Positions 37,512-48,553 of a stretch of 64,000 bases of DNA are shown here, in pieces (the stretch's first letter is position 1; each line of letters starts with the position of its first letter). The stretch is taken from NCBI GenBank assembly GCA_963422615.1, contig OY730414.1, positions 2,216,302-2,280,301 on the forward strand, read 5' to 3'. This stretch comes from Longimicrobiales bacterium (GTDB lineage: Bacteria > Gemmatimonadota > Gemmatimonadetes > Longimicrobiales > Gaopeijiaceae). The notes below the pieces were generated by a model. That model searched no databases, had not been told where the DNA came from, and saw only the letters and a list, made by a program, of their open reading frames with translations. The translations under genes and the position numbers were made by a program.

Positions 37512-38428
37512 CGCCCGGCAACCCGATGCCGCAGAAACCAACCGAACCCGGCCGTCGACGGAGACCCGGGCTGCGGACCGGGCCGGGCAATTCCCGGAGG
37601 GGGCTTCAGCGGGGAATCATCATCCTCCCTTCCGCCTTCACCCTGGGCAATCTTTTCTTCGGCCTGTACGCCGTAGTCGCGGCGATCCGGGAAGACTTCG
37701 CGTGGGCGGCGTGGTTCATCGTTTTTGCGGCCATCCTTGACCTGTTGGACGGGCGGGTGGCCCGTTTCACGCGCACCGGGTCGGCTTTCGGGGCGGAGCT
37801 GGACTCCCTGACGGACGCGATTTCCTTCGGTGTGGCCCCCGCCCTGATCATGATCCTGCAGCACTTCAAGGGGCCCGACTGGAGCTGGGTGATCGGCTTC
37901 GTGTACGTGACGGCCGTGGTGGTTCGCCTCGCCCGTTTCAACGTGGAACAGGGCGGCGAAGCCGAGCGCCACTTTCACGGCCTCCCGTCCCCCACGGCGG
38001 GGATGATTCTGGCCACCCAGTACCCCTTCTCCCAGACCGCCTTCTATCAGCAGCACCTGGGGACCCTGCCCTGGCCCCAGATCATGGTCATCACCATGGT
38101 CCTGGTTTCGGTCCTCATGCTGAGCCACGTGCCCTACGCAATGGTCCCCCGCATCAACCTCCGGAGTCCTCAGGGGGTTGCGACGACCGCCCTCATGGGC
38201 ATCGCGGTCGTGTTGGCCCTCTGGTTCCCTTCCTACTGGTTCTTCCCCTCCCTGATGGCCTACACCGCCTGGGGATTGGCAAAGTCGGTTTTCATGGGCC
38301 TCCTGGAGCGTCTTCCCGAACGCGATCCCCTCCTGGACACCCGGGAGGTCGGACAGTCCCGGCAGGTTGACTACGAGGACTTGGCCCCCAAACGACGTTC
38401 CCGTGACTGGGAGGAAAACGCGCCTTGA
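37508..38428 (+). CDS. pssA: CDP-diacylglycerol--serine O-phosphatidyltransferase
   Basis: DLLDGRVAR...GAELDSLTDAISFGVAP, RLARFN, FHGLPSP. Confidence 0.93.
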   Translation: MTPGNPMPQKPTEPGRRRRPGLRTGPGNSRRGLQRGIIILPSAFTLGNLFFGLYAVVAAIREDFAWAAWFIVFAAILDLLDGRVARFTRTGSAFGAELDSLTDAISFGVAPALIMILQHFKGPDWSWVIGFVYVTAVVVRLARFNVEQGGEAERHFHGLPSPTAGMILATQYPFSQTAFYQQHLGTLPWPQIMVITMVLVSVLMLSHVPYAMVPRINLRSPQGVATTALMGIAVVLALWFPSYWFFPSLMAYTAWGLAKSVFMGLLERLPERDPLLDTREVGQSRQVDYEDLAPKRRSRDWEENAP

Positions 38429-38781
38429 GCCGATTCACAACCGAGATTCTGGTGACCCCCCGGGTGGGCCTTCTGGACCCGCAGGGCAAGGCGGTCCGTC
38501 ACGCCCTCGCCTCCCTGGGGTACGATTCCGTCCAGAGGGTTCGCGTCGGCAAGGTGATTTATCTGGAGGTGGAGGCCGACTCCGGCACCGCCGCGCAGGC
38601 GCAAGCGGAAGCGATGTGCCGCAGGCTCCTGGCCAACCCGGTGACCGAGGACTTCCGGATCACCGCCGCGCAGGCCGGGGCGGGAGGGGACGAAACCCGG
38701 GCGGGGACCCGGGCAGGAACAGCCGAGCCGACCGGGACGGCCTTCCACCGGGCCCGAGCGGGGGGGACTCCGGACCCGTGA
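38425..38781 (+). CDS. purS: FGAM synthase subunit PurS
   Basis: [21 protein letters not shown]. Confidence 0.93.
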   Translation: MSRFTTEILVTPRVGLLDPQGKAVRHALASLGYDSVQRVRVGKVIYLEVEADSGTAAQAQAEAMCRRLLANPVTEDFRITAAQAGAGGDETRAGTRAGTAEPTGTAFHRARAGGTPDP

Positions 38782-39470
38782 AGGTCGCCATCGTCACATT
38801 CCCGGGCTCCAACTGCGACCAGGACTGCTTCCGGTCGGTCGAACGGGCCGGGGGCACGCCCCGATACCTCTGGCACCGGGAACGGTCCCTGGGCGACGCG
38901 GATGCCGTCGTCCTACCCGGCGGCTTTGCCTACGGGGACTACCTTCGCCCGGGCGCCATCGCCCGTCTCAGCCCCGTCATGGAGGCGGTCCTCGCCTTCG
39001 GGAGGGAAGGCGGCTGGATCGTCGGAATCTGCAACGGCTTCCAGATCCTCTGCGAAGCCGGCCTTCTTCCCGGGGCCCTTCTCCGCAACCGGTCCCTCCG
39101 CTTCCAGTCCCACGACTGCCGCTTGCGAGTGGAGCGGTGCGACACCCCGTTCACGGCCGCCTACCGGGAGCACCAAGTCATCCGCATGCCCCTCTCCCAC
39201 GCGGACGGCAACTACTACGCCGACCCCGAGACCCTCGCCGCCCTGGAGGCGGAGGAGCGCGTCGTTTTCCGCTATTGCGACGCGCTGGGCAGGACCACGG
39301 ACGAAGCGAACCCCAACGGCTCCCTGAACAACATTGCCGGAATCGCAAGCTCGAGAGGGAATGTCCTGGGCATGATGCCCCACCCGGACCGAGCCGTGGA
39401 GGCCATACTGGGTTCGGCCGACGGGCTCCCCCTCTTCGCATCCCTGGTCGGGGCTCCGCTGTCAGCGTAA
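38778..39470 (+). CDS. purQ: FGAM synthase glutaminase subunit PurQ
   Basis: [38 protein letters not shown]. Confidence 0.96.
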   Translation: MKVAIVTFPGSNCDQDCFRSVERAGGTPRYLWHRERSLGDADAVVLPGGFAYGDYLRPGAIARLSPVMEAVLAFGREGGWIVGICNGFQILCEAGLLPGALLRNRSLRFQSHDCRLRVERCDTPFTAAYREHQVIRMPLSHADGNYYADPETLAALEAEERVVFRYCDALGRTTDEANPNGSLNNIAGIASSRGNVLGMMPHPDRAVEAILGSADGLPLFASLVGAPLSA

Positions 39471-39478
39471 GGGGCACG

Positions 39479-41740
39479 ATGCAACCCCGCCCGGGCGACC
39501 CCCCGATCACCGCCGCCCTCGTGGAGGAGCACGGACTCTCCGCCGAAGAGTACGAGCGGATCCTCGCCATTCTCGGGCGGGCCCCCAGCTTCACCGAGCT
39601 GGGCATCTTCTCGGCCATGTGGTCCGAGCACTGCGGATACAAGCACTCGAAGCGCCTCCTTCGGCTTCTTCCGACCCGGGCGCCCTGGGTCATTCAGGGT
39701 CCCGGAGAGAACGCGGGCGTGGTTGATGTGGGAGACGGCTACGCCCTGGCCTTCAAGATCGAATCCCACAACCACCCTTCGGCCGTGGAGCCCTATCAGG
39801 GGGCGGCCACGGGGGTGGGCGGGATCCTTCGGGACATCTTCACCATGGGCGCCCGCCCCATCGCCACCCTCAACTCCCTTCGCTTCGGCGACTTGGAGAG
39901 CCCCCGGGTCCGATACCTCTTTGCCGGCGTGGTCAAGGGCATCGGGGACTACGGCAACTGCGTCGGCATCCCGTCCGCAGGCGGGGAGGTCTACTTCGAC
40001 CGGGGATACGAAGGCAACCCCCTCGTGAACGCCATGTGCTTGGGGCTCATGCGCCAGGAAGACCTGATCCGGGGAACCGCCGAAGGGGTCGGCAATCCCC
40101 TGATGGCCGTGGGAGCCAGGACGGGAAGGGACGGAATCCACGGCGCGACCTTCGCATCGGACGAGCTCTCCGCCAGCCGGAGTGAACTGAGCCGGCCCCA
40201 GGTCCAGGTCGGCGACCCCTTCACCGAAAAGCTCCTGCTGGAGGCGTCCCTGGAACTGATCGCCAGCGGGTACATCGTCGGTATCCAGGATATGGGCGCG
40301 GCGGGTCTCGTCTCCAGCGGCGCCGAAATGGCTGGGCGGGCCGGCAACGGTGTGGAGATCGACACCGCTCGGGTGCCCGTCCGGGAATCGGGGATGACTC
40401 CTTACGAGATCCTCCTTTCGGAGTCCCAGGAACGGATGCTCGTCGTGGCCAGCCAGGGCAAGGAAGATGCGGTACGAGAGATTCTGGGGAAGTGGGAGCT
40501 GGAAGCCGCCGTCGTCGGGCACGTCACCGCGACGGGGACCTTCCGGGTCCTGGAGCACGGCGCGGTCGTGGCCGACATCCCCGCCCTGCAGCTGACGGTA
40601 GGCTGCCCCACCTACGAGGGGCAGGGAGAAGAGTCCCCGGAGATCCGATCCCTCCGCACCCTGGACCTCTCCCGCTACTTGGAGCCCCCGGCCGGCCTGG
40701 AAGCCGCCTTTCTGGAAGTCGTGGGCTCCCCGAACGTCGCCTCCAGGCAGTGGGTCTACGAACAGTACGACACCAGCGTACGGGCCAACTCCGTGCAGGG
40801 ACCCGGGGGGGACGCCGGCGTCATCCGTATCCCAGGCACGAATCGGGGTGTGGCCGCGACCACCGACGGCAACGGTCGCTACGCCTATCTGAACCCGAGG
40901 ACGGGGGCCTTGGGGGCCGTCGTCGAAGCCGCCCGAAACCTGGTGTGCACAGGCGCGGTTCCGCTGGCCGTCACCAACAACCTCAACTTCGGCAACCCCC
41001 TCAAATCCCACATCCGGTACCAGTTCCGGGAAGCGGTTCTGGGGATTCGGGACGCGTGCGCCTACCTGGAGACACCGGTGACGGGTGGAAACGTCTCTTT
41101 TTACAACGAGACGGACGGGGAAGCCGTCTACCCGACCCCGGTCATCGGGATGGTCGGGGTCATTGACGACCTGGGCACCGTGACCCGCCCCTTCTTTCGG
41201 GACCCCGGCGACGCCGTCTTCCTCCTGGGAACCACCCGAGGGGAGCTCGGGGGGTCGGAGTACCTGTATCGGATTCATGGGGTGGTCGCCGGAGAGCCCC
41301 CGATTGTGGACCTGCACCACGAACGGGGGCTCCAGCGGTGCCTCCTTGCCTTGATCGGGCAGCGAATTGTGAAGTCGGCCCACGATGTGGCGAACGGGGG
41401 CCTGGCCGCCGCCCTGGTGGAGTGTTGTCTGGGCGGACCCAGGGATGGGGGAGGGATGGGTGCCTCGGTGTGCCTTGCCGACCCGGTCCCGGACGCAGGC
41501 CTTCTCTTCGGGGAAGACCACGGCAGGATCATCGTCACCTGCCAGGCGGAAGAGGAAGATGCGGTGCGAGCCGTCGCCGCCCTCCACGGGGTTCCGGCCC
41601 GCAAGATCGGAACCGTAGGGGGAAGGGAATCTCCCTTGGGCTTCCGGACGTCTTCTTCGAACCTGATTTTTCCCCTGGAACGGTTGCGGGAGCGGTACTT
41701 CGGGTGCCTCCCAGACATCATGAACGAAACGCCTTCGTGA
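39479..41740 (+). CDS. purL: FGAM synthase subunit PurL
   Basis: [36 protein letters not shown]. Confidence 0.96.
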   Translation: MQPRPGDPPITAALVEEHGLSAEEYERILAILGRAPSFTELGIFSAMWSEHCGYKHSKRLLRLLPTRAPWVIQGPGENAGVVDVGDGYALAFKIESHNHPSAVEPYQGAATGVGGILRDIFTMGARPIATLNSLRFGDLESPRVRYLFAGVVKGIGDYGNCVGIPSAGGEVYFDRGYEGNPLVNAMCLGLMRQEDLIRGTAEGVGNPLMAVGARTGRDGIHGATFASDELSASRSELSRPQVQVGDPFTEKLLLEASLELIASGYIVGIQDMGAAGLVSSGAEMAGRAGNGVEIDTARVPVRESGMTPYEILLSESQERMLVVASQGKEDAVREILGKWELEAAVVGHVTATGTFRVLEHGAVVADIPALQLTVGCPTYEGQGEESPEIRSLRTLDLSRYLEPPAGLEAAFLEVVGSPNVASRQWVYEQYDTSVRANSVQGPGGDAGVIRIPGTNRGVAATTDGNGRYAYLNPRTGALGAVVEAARNLVCTGAVPLAVTNNLNFGNPLKSHIRYQFREAVLGIRDACAYLETPVTGGNVSFYNETDGEAVYPTPVIGMVGVIDDLGTVTRPFFRDPGDAVFLLGTTRGELGGSEYLYRIHGVVAGEPPIVDLHHERGLQRCLLALIGQRIVKSAHDVANGGLAAALVECCLGGPRDGGGMGASVCLADPVPDAGLLFGEDHGRIIVTCQAEEEDAVRAVAALHGVPARKIGTVGGRESPLGFRTSSSNLIFPLERLRERYFGCLPDIMNETPS

Positions 41741-43164
41741 GGGGAACCGCATCGGGTGGGCACCCGGCCGACATTTGCCCCGCCCTTCTGGACGATCGGC
41801 CTCGGGAGGAGTGCGGTGTCGTCGGCGTGAGCGGCGCGGAAAACGCCGCCGAGCTCACCTTTCTGGGGCTCTACGCCCTGCAGCACCGGGGCCAGGAGGC
41901 CGCGGGCATCTGCGCCATCGACGGCGGCCGGGCCCGCCTCCACAAGGATCTGGGGCTGGTCTCGGATGTCTTCGACGCCAGCCGGATCGCATCCCTGACG
42001 GGCTCGACCGCCCTGGGCCACGTGCGGTACTCGACGGTGGGCAGCGGCCGCCGGGTCAACGCCCAGCCCTTGGTGGCCCGCTATTCGGAAGGCGATCTGG
42101 CGATCGTCCACAACGGGAACCTGACCAACGCCGGGTTCCTGAAGCGACAACTCGTGGCCGAAGGCGCCATCTTCCAGAGCTCGTCGGACTCGGAAGTGAT
42201 CATTCACCTGATCGCCCGCTCCCGCCACGCCTCTGTGGAGGCCCAGCTTCGGGACGCCCTGAGCTTTCTAGAAGGCGCCTATTCTCTGGGGATCACGGTC
42301 GGGGACACCGTGTTCGCGGTGTGCGACCCCCGGGGCTTCCGCCCCCTCGTCCTCGGGGCCCTCCCGGAGGGCGGCCACGTGATGGCGAGCGAGAGCTGCG
42401 CCCTGGACATCATGGGCGCCCGCTTCGTCCGGGACCTCAAGCCCGGGGAGCTCGTTCGCTTTCAGGGGAGCCGGATCCAGTCACTCCCCGGCCTTCACCA
42501 AAAAACCCCCGCGCCGTGCATCTTCGAGCTCGTCTACTTCGCCCGCCCCGACTCCAATCTGTGGGGTGTGAGCGTGGACCGGGCCCGGAGAGCCTTCGGG
42601 CGCCAACTCGCTCGCGAGCACCCGGTGGACGCCGACTGCGTCATCGCCGTCCCCGACAGTGCCAACTCGGCGGCGCTGGGCTACGCGGAGCAAAGCGGAA
42701 TCCCGTACGAGCTGGGGCTCCTTCGCAACCACTACGTGGGACGCACCTTCATCCGCCCGTCCCAGGCCGACCGGGACTTCGGCGCCCGGGTCAAGTACAA
42801 CCCGGTGCGGGAAGTTCTGGCCGGCCAGCGGATCGCCGTCGTGGACGATTCCCTGGTGCGGGGGACCACCTCCCGAAGCCTGGTCAAGTTCATTCGGGGT
42901 GCGGGCGCCGCGGAAGTCCACCTCCGCATTGCCAGCCCGCCCGTGCGCTTTCCGTGCTTTTACGGGATTGACATGCCGTCCAGGGAAGAGCTGATCGGAT
43001 CGCGGATGTCCGTGGCCGAGATCGCGGAAGAGCTAGGGGTGGATTCCCTGGGCTACCTCTCCCTGGAAGGAATGACCCGGGCTGTAGCGGAAAGCGGCCC
43101 CTTCTGCAACGCCTGCTTCTCGGGAGGCTACCCCGCCCCCCTCGTAGACCGGGAACTTCCGTAA
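41737..43164 (+). CDS. purF: Amidophosphoribosyltransferase
   Basis: EECGVVG propeptide site, [28 protein letters not shown]. Confidence 0.96.
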   Translation: MRGTASGGHPADICPALLDDRPREECGVVGVSGAENAAELTFLGLYALQHRGQEAAGICAIDGGRARLHKDLGLVSDVFDASRIASLTGSTALGHVRYSTVGSGRRVNAQPLVARYSEGDLAIVHNGNLTNAGFLKRQLVAEGAIFQSSSDSEVIIHLIARSRHASVEAQLRDALSFLEGAYSLGITVGDTVFAVCDPRGFRPLVLGALPEGGHVMASESCALDIMGARFVRDLKPGELVRFQGSRIQSLPGLHQKTPAPCIFELVYFARPDSNLWGVSVDRARRAFGRQLAREHPVDADCVIAVPDSANSAALGYAEQSGIPYELGLLRNHYVGRTFIRPSQADRDFGARVKYNPVREVLAGQRIAVVDDSLVRGTTSRSLVKFIRGAGAAEVHLRIASPPVRFPCFYGIDMPSREELIGSRMSVAEIAEELGVDSLGYLSLEGMTRAVAESGPFCNACFSGGYPAPLVDRELP

Positions 43165-43168
43165 ACAG

Positions 43169-43208
43169 AAAGTTGCCCCCGCCCGGCAAACCGGACGGGG
43201 GCAACTTT
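43169..43208. terminator. Bidirectional rho-independent terminator
   Basis: AAAGTTGCCCCCG..CCGG-CAAA-CCGG..CGGGGGCAACTTT hairpin between convergent purF and the lipoprotein gene. Confidence 0.8.
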
Positions 43209-43259
43209 TCAACCCTTATACGGACCCCAAAGAGGTCAGGGCCGCTTCAAGGTCGTCTA

Positions 43260-46200
43260 CTACTTGGGTATGACGTGGAAGTTGACATTGACTTCGTCGT
43301 CGAGACTGCCCACCAACTTGACGAGTTGGGTAGCGGCATCGTGGTAGCCGGCACCGTTATCGTCTTCTGTGTCGCTGACGTCCACCTTCTCATTGGTACC
43401 CGACAAGTCCACTCTGACTTCGTAATACCCTTCCAGAAGGCCCTCAGCACTCCAGAACCCCTTTGCATCGGTATCGGCTTCGGCCCGCTGATTCCGATTT
43501 GTCTTATCGTCGTACTCGGAACAAACGTCTTCGTCTGCCGAGTCCACCTTCAAGCAACGCATCAAGAAGATCTTCAGACCCCCATAGGGATCGTAGTCTT
43601 TATCGGTATCACCTCCGACAGTCTTCTTGTCGGCATCCGGCTTGGTCACCTTTCCGGAGACCACTCCGTCCTTGAAGAGGATCACGAAGTCGGCGTCGTT
43701 GTCCCCCAAATTGTCATCCGCCTTGTTACCGGCATCGTCATCAGGAGCATCGTTATTGATGACCATGCTGTTGTCGTAGTCCCATTCGGGAAGCTTGGTA
43801 CCACTCGTCACATTCCTCATGGCTGGCCGTCCGTCCACAACAAGACGCCGAGAGTAGTGAACCGGGGCGCTGTTGTTTGCACGAAGTTCGTAACCATCGC
43901 TGTTTTTCCCCACGACAACGTAGGTTCCCTCCTCAACGCCAGTGAACGAGAACTCGCCGCTTCTGCCCGTCTCGGCCGTTTTTTTGGTGAAAACGGTGTC
44001 CTGTTTCAATCCCCCAACAACTCTATGGAGTTCCAGGGTGACGCCTGATTGGGTTTCGCTGGACCGCGCACGGTCATTGTTCTCGCGGTCGTTCGCCACC
44101 GTTCCCTTGATAGAAGCGTTTTGGAATACAGCTGTGTAGTTCTTATATATCTGATTTTTTCGCGCGGCGGTGGCGCCGTCGTCGTCGTTGCGGCGGAGGA
44201 CGGTAACAGTGTCCGTTCCTTTCACTGACCAGCTTTTGTTGCTGCCGCTGGCCACCAAAATGTACTTGCCGTCGGAAACATCCTCGAACGTATACCGGCC
44301 GCTTCCCATGGTTTTGACTGTATCGGACTCACCTTCCATGCTCTGCAGGGGCGTCAGAGTAAGCTCCAAGCCGCCAACAGACTCGGCTTTATCGGGACCC
44401 TCACCGTCGTAATCCCTTGACTTGATGAGACCCGACACCATACCATCCGCCCAGACATAGGCGAAGGTGGAACAGAGCTGCCGGGAGCGGCGATCCGTCA
44501 GGGGGCAGACTTGAACTTCAGGGCCAACGCCGCCCTCGTCGCCAAAGGCACCGAGGGAATTTTCGCCCAGGTTCCTCCAGGTGTCGATTTCGTCGCTGCC
44601 CGCAATGTCGCGGTTACCAGAGACCCTGGCCTTCAGAACAAACACCGTATCTGTTGGCAGGTTATTGAAGACGACCAAACCCGGATTGGATTTAGCGTTG
44701 TAGGGATTCGGAGACCTGGGGTTACGAGTACCTTTGTATTTCCTGGTCCGCCCGTTTTTATCAAGGATCTGCAATTCGATTTCGATCGCGGCGGCAGCAT
44801 CCTTGGAGGGACGCACATCACCACCGGCAATGTTCCCCGAATACCCTTCGCGCTGGTCGATCTCGTAGTGGACTCCGGCAACCAGGGTCTGCGTGGTGAA
44901 CTTCACTCGCAACAGGCCCAGGTCCGCGCTCTTGCCGGGAAGCATCATCCCATCATGGGTGTACACCAGGTAGCCGGGTGTCTTCTTAGTGGCGGCCTGG
45001 GAAGTGGCGGCCTTGGACGCCTCCGGCTTCGCTTCAAACTCCTCGCCCTTGGCCTCTTTCTGAACGTCGGCCAGGGTAACGTAGTACTTCATGGGCAGAC
45101 TATCGACGCTTGCCGTGCCCGTAAAGACTGATTTACCCGTCGCGTCCGATGCCTCTGCGTCAACGAAATGAAGCGAGTCTTTCTTTTTGGTTTCGGTACC
45201 GACTTTCAGCCCCCAGCCTTTCAGGAATTGATCGCCAGCCCCGGAAGTAGTTTTGATGTTCTTGACCGAGAAACTGAAGCTGGCACGTTGATTGAGAAGC
45301 TTTACCTTCTGCGCGGCATGACTCTCCTTGTCCTTTGACGCATACGAAATCTCCATGACTTCGGAAGTCATCAACTTAAGATCGGCGTGAGAATTGTCCG
45401 TCACCTTTGCAAAAACGAGGTTGTCGGTAACTCCGCCGGGACCGTCGTCGGCTGCCCGTTTGAATACGAAGGACGCCATACCCGTTGAGTCCGTTGTCGC
45501 CGAACCGAGTTTAACCTTTCCTGTGTTAACGGCTTGCAGGGTCGCGTAAAGATCCATCTTCACACCCTTCACCGCGGCACCGTCCTTGGCGTCCTTCTTG
45601 TTGCTGCCCATAACCGCCGAGATTTTGATCGTCTGGTCGGTGATGTCGAAGGGGAAGTGCACCGAGGTTGCAGAGCCCGGCGCCACGGTGACCGGCTTAC
45701 CGGTAAGATCGCCGCCGAAGGCATACCCTTCAATTGCTTTCGGAAGAGAATCCGTCAACAGCATCACGCGGTAATCTCCGGCCTTGAGTTCGTCGAATTT
45801 GTAAGCGCCCTCCTTATCGGTGACCGTGTTGGCCCGGTCGTTCACGCCGGGACCCTGCAGGACGACCTCCACGCCCGCAACCTTCAACATGTCTTCGGCA
45901 CCTGTGTCGAACATGTCGTTCTTCGTGTTCTCGTCCACGAAGAGGGAGCCCGAAACGCTTGCCGACCGCAGGTGGGTTCCAGCGAAGTTCTGAATCTTTG
46001 ATTCGCTGTTCCCCAGCTTGACCTTCATTTCCACAGGATCGAAGCCGTAGGCCTTGTCGTCGAAGCCCGAGATCGCCACGGTGTAGTCACCCGCTTCGAG
46101 CCCGGCGAAGGCGTACTGACCGCTAGCGTCCGTGGTCGTCTCGGCCGCGGACGCACCCGAAAGGTTGACCTTGACGCCTTTGAGGCCCGTTCCTTCGACG

Positions 46201-47087
46201 CTTACCTGACCGCTGATGCCCGCCGTCCGCAACATCGTGCCCTCGAACGCAACCTTCTTCGTTTCTCCCAGGGCCACTGATACGTCCATGGACGTTTTTT
46301 CGAACCCGTAGCTATCGGTGTCGAAGCCCGAAATGCCGACGGAGTAGTCACCCTCCCGGAGGTTCGAGAACGCGTACTGACCGCTAGCGTCCGTGGTCGC
46401 CTCCTTCGACTCCATGCCGGTCAAGCTGACCTTGACGCCCTCCAGGCCCGTTCCTTCGACGCTTACCTGGCCCGTGATGCTCGCCGTCCGCAGGTATACC
46501 CCGTCGAAGCTGATGACCTGGGACTCCCCTACGGCGACGGTGGCGCTCTGAGAGGTGTTCGAAAAACTCACCTCGTCGGAGCCGAACTCCGAAATCTCCA
46601 CCGTGTACGTCCCCGCCCGGAGGCCCGTGAACGCATACTGGCCGTTGTCACTTGTGGTTGCTGAGGCGTCCGACATGCCGGAGAGTCGAACCGTGACCTT
46701 GCCGATCCCGGCTCCCTCAACGGTGACCGTTCCGATGATGCTCGAGGTTCGGATGTAGGCCCCCGTGAAGTTCACGGAGACGACTTGGTTCGCCTGCGAA
46801 ATCACCGCCGCCTGCGAAGTAGCGGTGAAGCTCGCATCCGTCGGGAATCCGCTGATCGTGACCGTATACGACCCGCCCTCGACATTGCGGAAGGAAAATG
46901 TGCCTCCGCCGGCCGTGGTCGCCGTTTTGCCGTCGCTCAGGGTGACGGTCACCCCGTCGGCTCCTTTGCCCTCGATCGACACCTGGCCCTCAATGGATCC
47001 GACCGGGGGCGGTTCAGTCCCCTCGTCGCACGCCGCAAGGGGGATGGCAAGCAAACTCGCCATCGCAAAAAGCTTGAGTCTTCTCAT
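43260..47087 (-). CDS. Large surface lipoprotein with tandem carboxypeptidase-regulatory-like / SdrD-B-like beta-sandwich repeats
   Basis: Lipobox LAAC at Cys20; four ~87-aa repeats (xITGQVSVEGxGLxGVxVxL...TTDxxGQYAF...GxYTV) plus divergent copies with D/N-rich loops; visibly lower GC than the flanks. Confidence 0.85.
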   Translation of the reverse strand: MRRLKLFAMASLLAIPLAACDEGTEPPPVGSIEGQVSIEGKGADGVTVTLSDGKTATTAGGGTFSFRNVEGGSYTVTISGFPTDASFTATSQAAVISQANQVVSVNFTGAYIRTSSIIGTVTVEGAGIGKVTVRLSGMSDASATTSDNGQYAFTGLRAGTYTVEISEFGSDEVSFSNTSQSATVAVGESQVISFDGVYLRTASITGQVSVEGTGLEGVKVSLTGMESKEATTDASGQYAFSNLREGDYSVGISGFDTDSYGFEKTSMDVSVALGETKKVAFEGTMLRTAGISGQVSVEGTGLKGVKVNLSGASAAETTTDASGQYAFAGLEAGDYTVAISGFDDKAYGFDPVEMKVKLGNSESKIQNFAGTHLRSASVSGSLFVDENTKNDMFDTGAEDMLKVAGVEVVLQGPGVNDRANTVTDKEGAYKFDELKAGDYRVMLLTDSLPKAIEGYAFGGDLTGKPVTVAPGSATSVHFPFDITDQTIKISAVMGSNKKDAKDGAAVKGVKMDLYATLQAVNTGKVKLGSATTDSTGMASFVFKRAADDGPGGVTDNLVFAKVTDNSHADLKLMTSEVMEISYASKDKESHAAQKVKLLNQRASFSFSVKNIKTTSGAGDQFLKGWGLKVGTETKKKDSLHFVDAEASDATGKSVFTGTASVDSLPMKYYVTLADVQKEAKGEEFEAKPEASKAATSQAATKKTPGYLVYTHDGMMLPGKSADLGLLRVKFTTQTLVAGVHYEIDQREGYSGNIAGGDVRPSKDAAAAIEIELQILDKNGRTRKYKGTRNPRSPNPYNAKSNPGLVVFNNLPTDTVFVLKARVSGNRDIAGSDEIDTWRNLGENSLGAFGDEGGVGPEVQVCPLTDRRSRQLCSTFAYVWADGMVSGLIKSRDYDGEGPDKAESVGGLELTLTPLQSMEGESDTVKTMGSGRYTFEDVSDGKYILVASGSNKSWSVKGTDTVTVLRRNDDDGATAARKNQIYKNYTAVFQNASIKGTVANDRENNDRARSSETQSGVTLELHRVVGGLKQDTVFTKKTAETGRSGEFSFTGVEEGTYVVVGKNSDGYELRANNSAPVHYSRRLVVDGRPAMRNVTSGTKLPEWDYDNSMVINNDAPDDDAGNKADDNLGDNDADFVILFKDGVVSGKVTKPDADKKTVGGDTDKDYDPYGGLKIFLMRCLKVDSADEDVCSEYDDKTNRNQRAEADTDAKGFWSAEGLLEGYYEVRVDLSGTNEKVDVSDTEDDNGAGYHDAATQLVKLVGSLDDEVNVNFHVIPK
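46111..46470. repeat. DNA-level repeat between lipoprotein domains 3 and 4 (261-bp period)
   Basis: gcgtactgaccgctagcgtccgtggtcg at 46111 and 46372; aggcccgttccttcgacgcttacctg also duplicated. Confidence 0.8.
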
Positions 47088-47269
47088 GGTGTGTGGTCCG
47101 TTCCTTTGGTTTGGAAGGTTGTCGTTGCCCGGTTCCCCGTCCGGCCTCTTACCGTCCGGCCAAGCAAGCAGAAAATCTATGTCATCGGCCCGAAACGCCA
47201 GCGGTATTTCCCCCGGCAGTTCTCAAGGCCGCAAGAAGCCCGGTTTCATCGGGCTCTTCACGCTCTTGA

Positions 47270-47285
47270 AGCAAGAGTGGTGCCA
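47270..47285 (-). promoter_or_regulatory. Sigma54 (RpoN) -24/-12 promoter for the giant lipoprotein
   Basis: Minus strand TGGCAC-CACTC-TTGCT matches TGGCAC-N5-TTGCW exactly, about 185 bp upstream of the ATG. Confidence 0.75.
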
Positions 47286-47314
47286 CGTTTCACGAACCTC
47301 CATACGTCATTTGA

Positions 47315-47327
47315 CATCAACAACTTA
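47315..47327. promoter_or_regulatory. IHF-like binding site
   Basis: CATCAACAACTTA versus WATCAANNNNTTR (1 mismatch), 30 bp upstream of the sigma54 -24 box in an AT-rich patch. Confidence 0.55.
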
Positions 47328-47500
47328 CGTGATATATGACTGGGCCATCTCATCCGCCAAAAACTCGCGACAATCAAATTTCTGACCCTCCCGCTGCCCC
47401 CGCGCCCAAATCCCGTCGCCGGACTCCACCCCAGGATCGCCCATCCCGGGGACCAGCCCCGCCATGGGTGCCCCCCCGTCGCCGGACTCGACGGGCAGCT

Positions 47501-48520
47501 CTAGCCACGCTCCCCACCCAGGTACGCTTGGGCCAAATCCACCAAGCCCTTCGACCCCAAAAACAGCGGCGTACGGTCGTGGAGACTCCGGGGAACGATC
47601 CTCAGGATGTCCCGGGTGCCGTCCGATGCCCGGCCTCCGGCGGCTTCACAGACCCGAGCCAGGGGTGCCGCTTCGTAGAGAAGTCTCAACTTCCCGCGCG
47701 GCGACTTGGAGTCGGCCGGATACATGAAGATTCCGCCCTTGAGGAGGGTGCGGTGAAAGTCGGAAACCAGCGAACCGATGTACCGGGACCGATACCCGCC
47801 CCCCTCGTCTTCCCCGATGCTCCGGAAGGAGTCCACCAGGCGCTGCTGTCTCGGGGACCACCTTGAATAGTAGGCCTCGTTGACCGAATAGATTTTTGCC
47901 GGCGGATCCGGGATGCGGATCTTCGGGTGGCTCAGGAGAAACTCCCCGATCGAGGGATCCAGGGTGAAGCCGTGGACGCCGGCTCCCGCGTGGGTCGTGT
48001 ACACGAGCATGGTGGAGGATCCGTAGACGACGTAGCCGGCCGCCACCTGCCGGAACCCCGGTTGGAGGCAGTCTTCCCTCGTCCCCGCGCCTCCCCCCTC
48101 CGAAACCCTGCGGTGGACCGAAAAGATGGTCCCGATGGAGATGTTCACGTCGATGTTCGAAGAGCCGTCCAGGGGATCGAAGAGGAGGACGTAGTCTCCC
48201 ACGTCGAACTGTTCGGGAATGGGGATGATGTCGTCGCACTCTTCCGAGACCATGCAGCAAAGGTGGCCGGCGTGGTCCATCGCCTTGACGATCACATCCT
48301 GGGCGAAGGCGTCCAGCTTTCGGACCGTTTCGCCGTGGACGTTGGTTTCGCCCGTCGTTCCCAGGAGATCGATGAGGCCCGCCTGATTGACCTCCCGGGA
48401 GATGATCTTGGCGGCAAGGGCGATGTCGTACAGAAGCGCCGAGAAGCGGCCGGACGCTCCGGGGTGCCTTCGCTCCTGGTCAACGATGTGGCGGCCTATT
48501 GTGACGACTTTGCTCCGCAT
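47501..48520 (-). CDS. fbp: Class 1 fructose-1,6-bisphosphatase
   Basis: [42 protein letters not shown]. Confidence 0.96.
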   Translation of the reverse strand: MRSKVVTIGRHIVDQERRHPGASGRFSALLYDIALAAKIISREVNQAGLIDLLGTTGETNVHGETVRKLDAFAQDVIVKAMDHAGHLCCMVSEECDDIIPIPEQFDVGDYVLLFDPLDGSSNIDVNISIGTIFSVHRRVSEGGGAGTREDCLQPGFRQVAAGYVVYGSSTMLVYTTHAGAGVHGFTLDPSIGEFLLSHPKIRIPDPPAKIYSVNEAYYSRWSPRQQRLVDSFRSIGEDEGGGYRSRYIGSLVSDFHRTLLKGGIFMYPADSKSPRGKLRLLYEAAPLARVCEAAGGRASDGTRDILRIVPRSLHDRTPLFLGSKGLVDLAQAYLGGERG

Positions 48521-48553
48521 GGCCGGGTAAATAGGGGCCAGGGTCCTCCCGGG

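Noticed and set aside
43173..44048. Hydrophobic 291-aa ORF resembling a membrane protein
   Set aside because: It is the antisense read of the Asp/Lys/Asn-rich lipoprotein and starts inside the terminator
46111..46470. DNA repeats as a DGR template/variable pair
   Set aside because: In-frame domain repeats within one gene; no reverse transcriptase and no adenine-specific pattern evident
47311..47338. TTGACA-N16-TATATG sigma70-like promoter on the plus strand
   Set aside because: Points away from the lipoprotein and antisense into fbp, has a weak -10, and overlaps the better-explained IHF-like site
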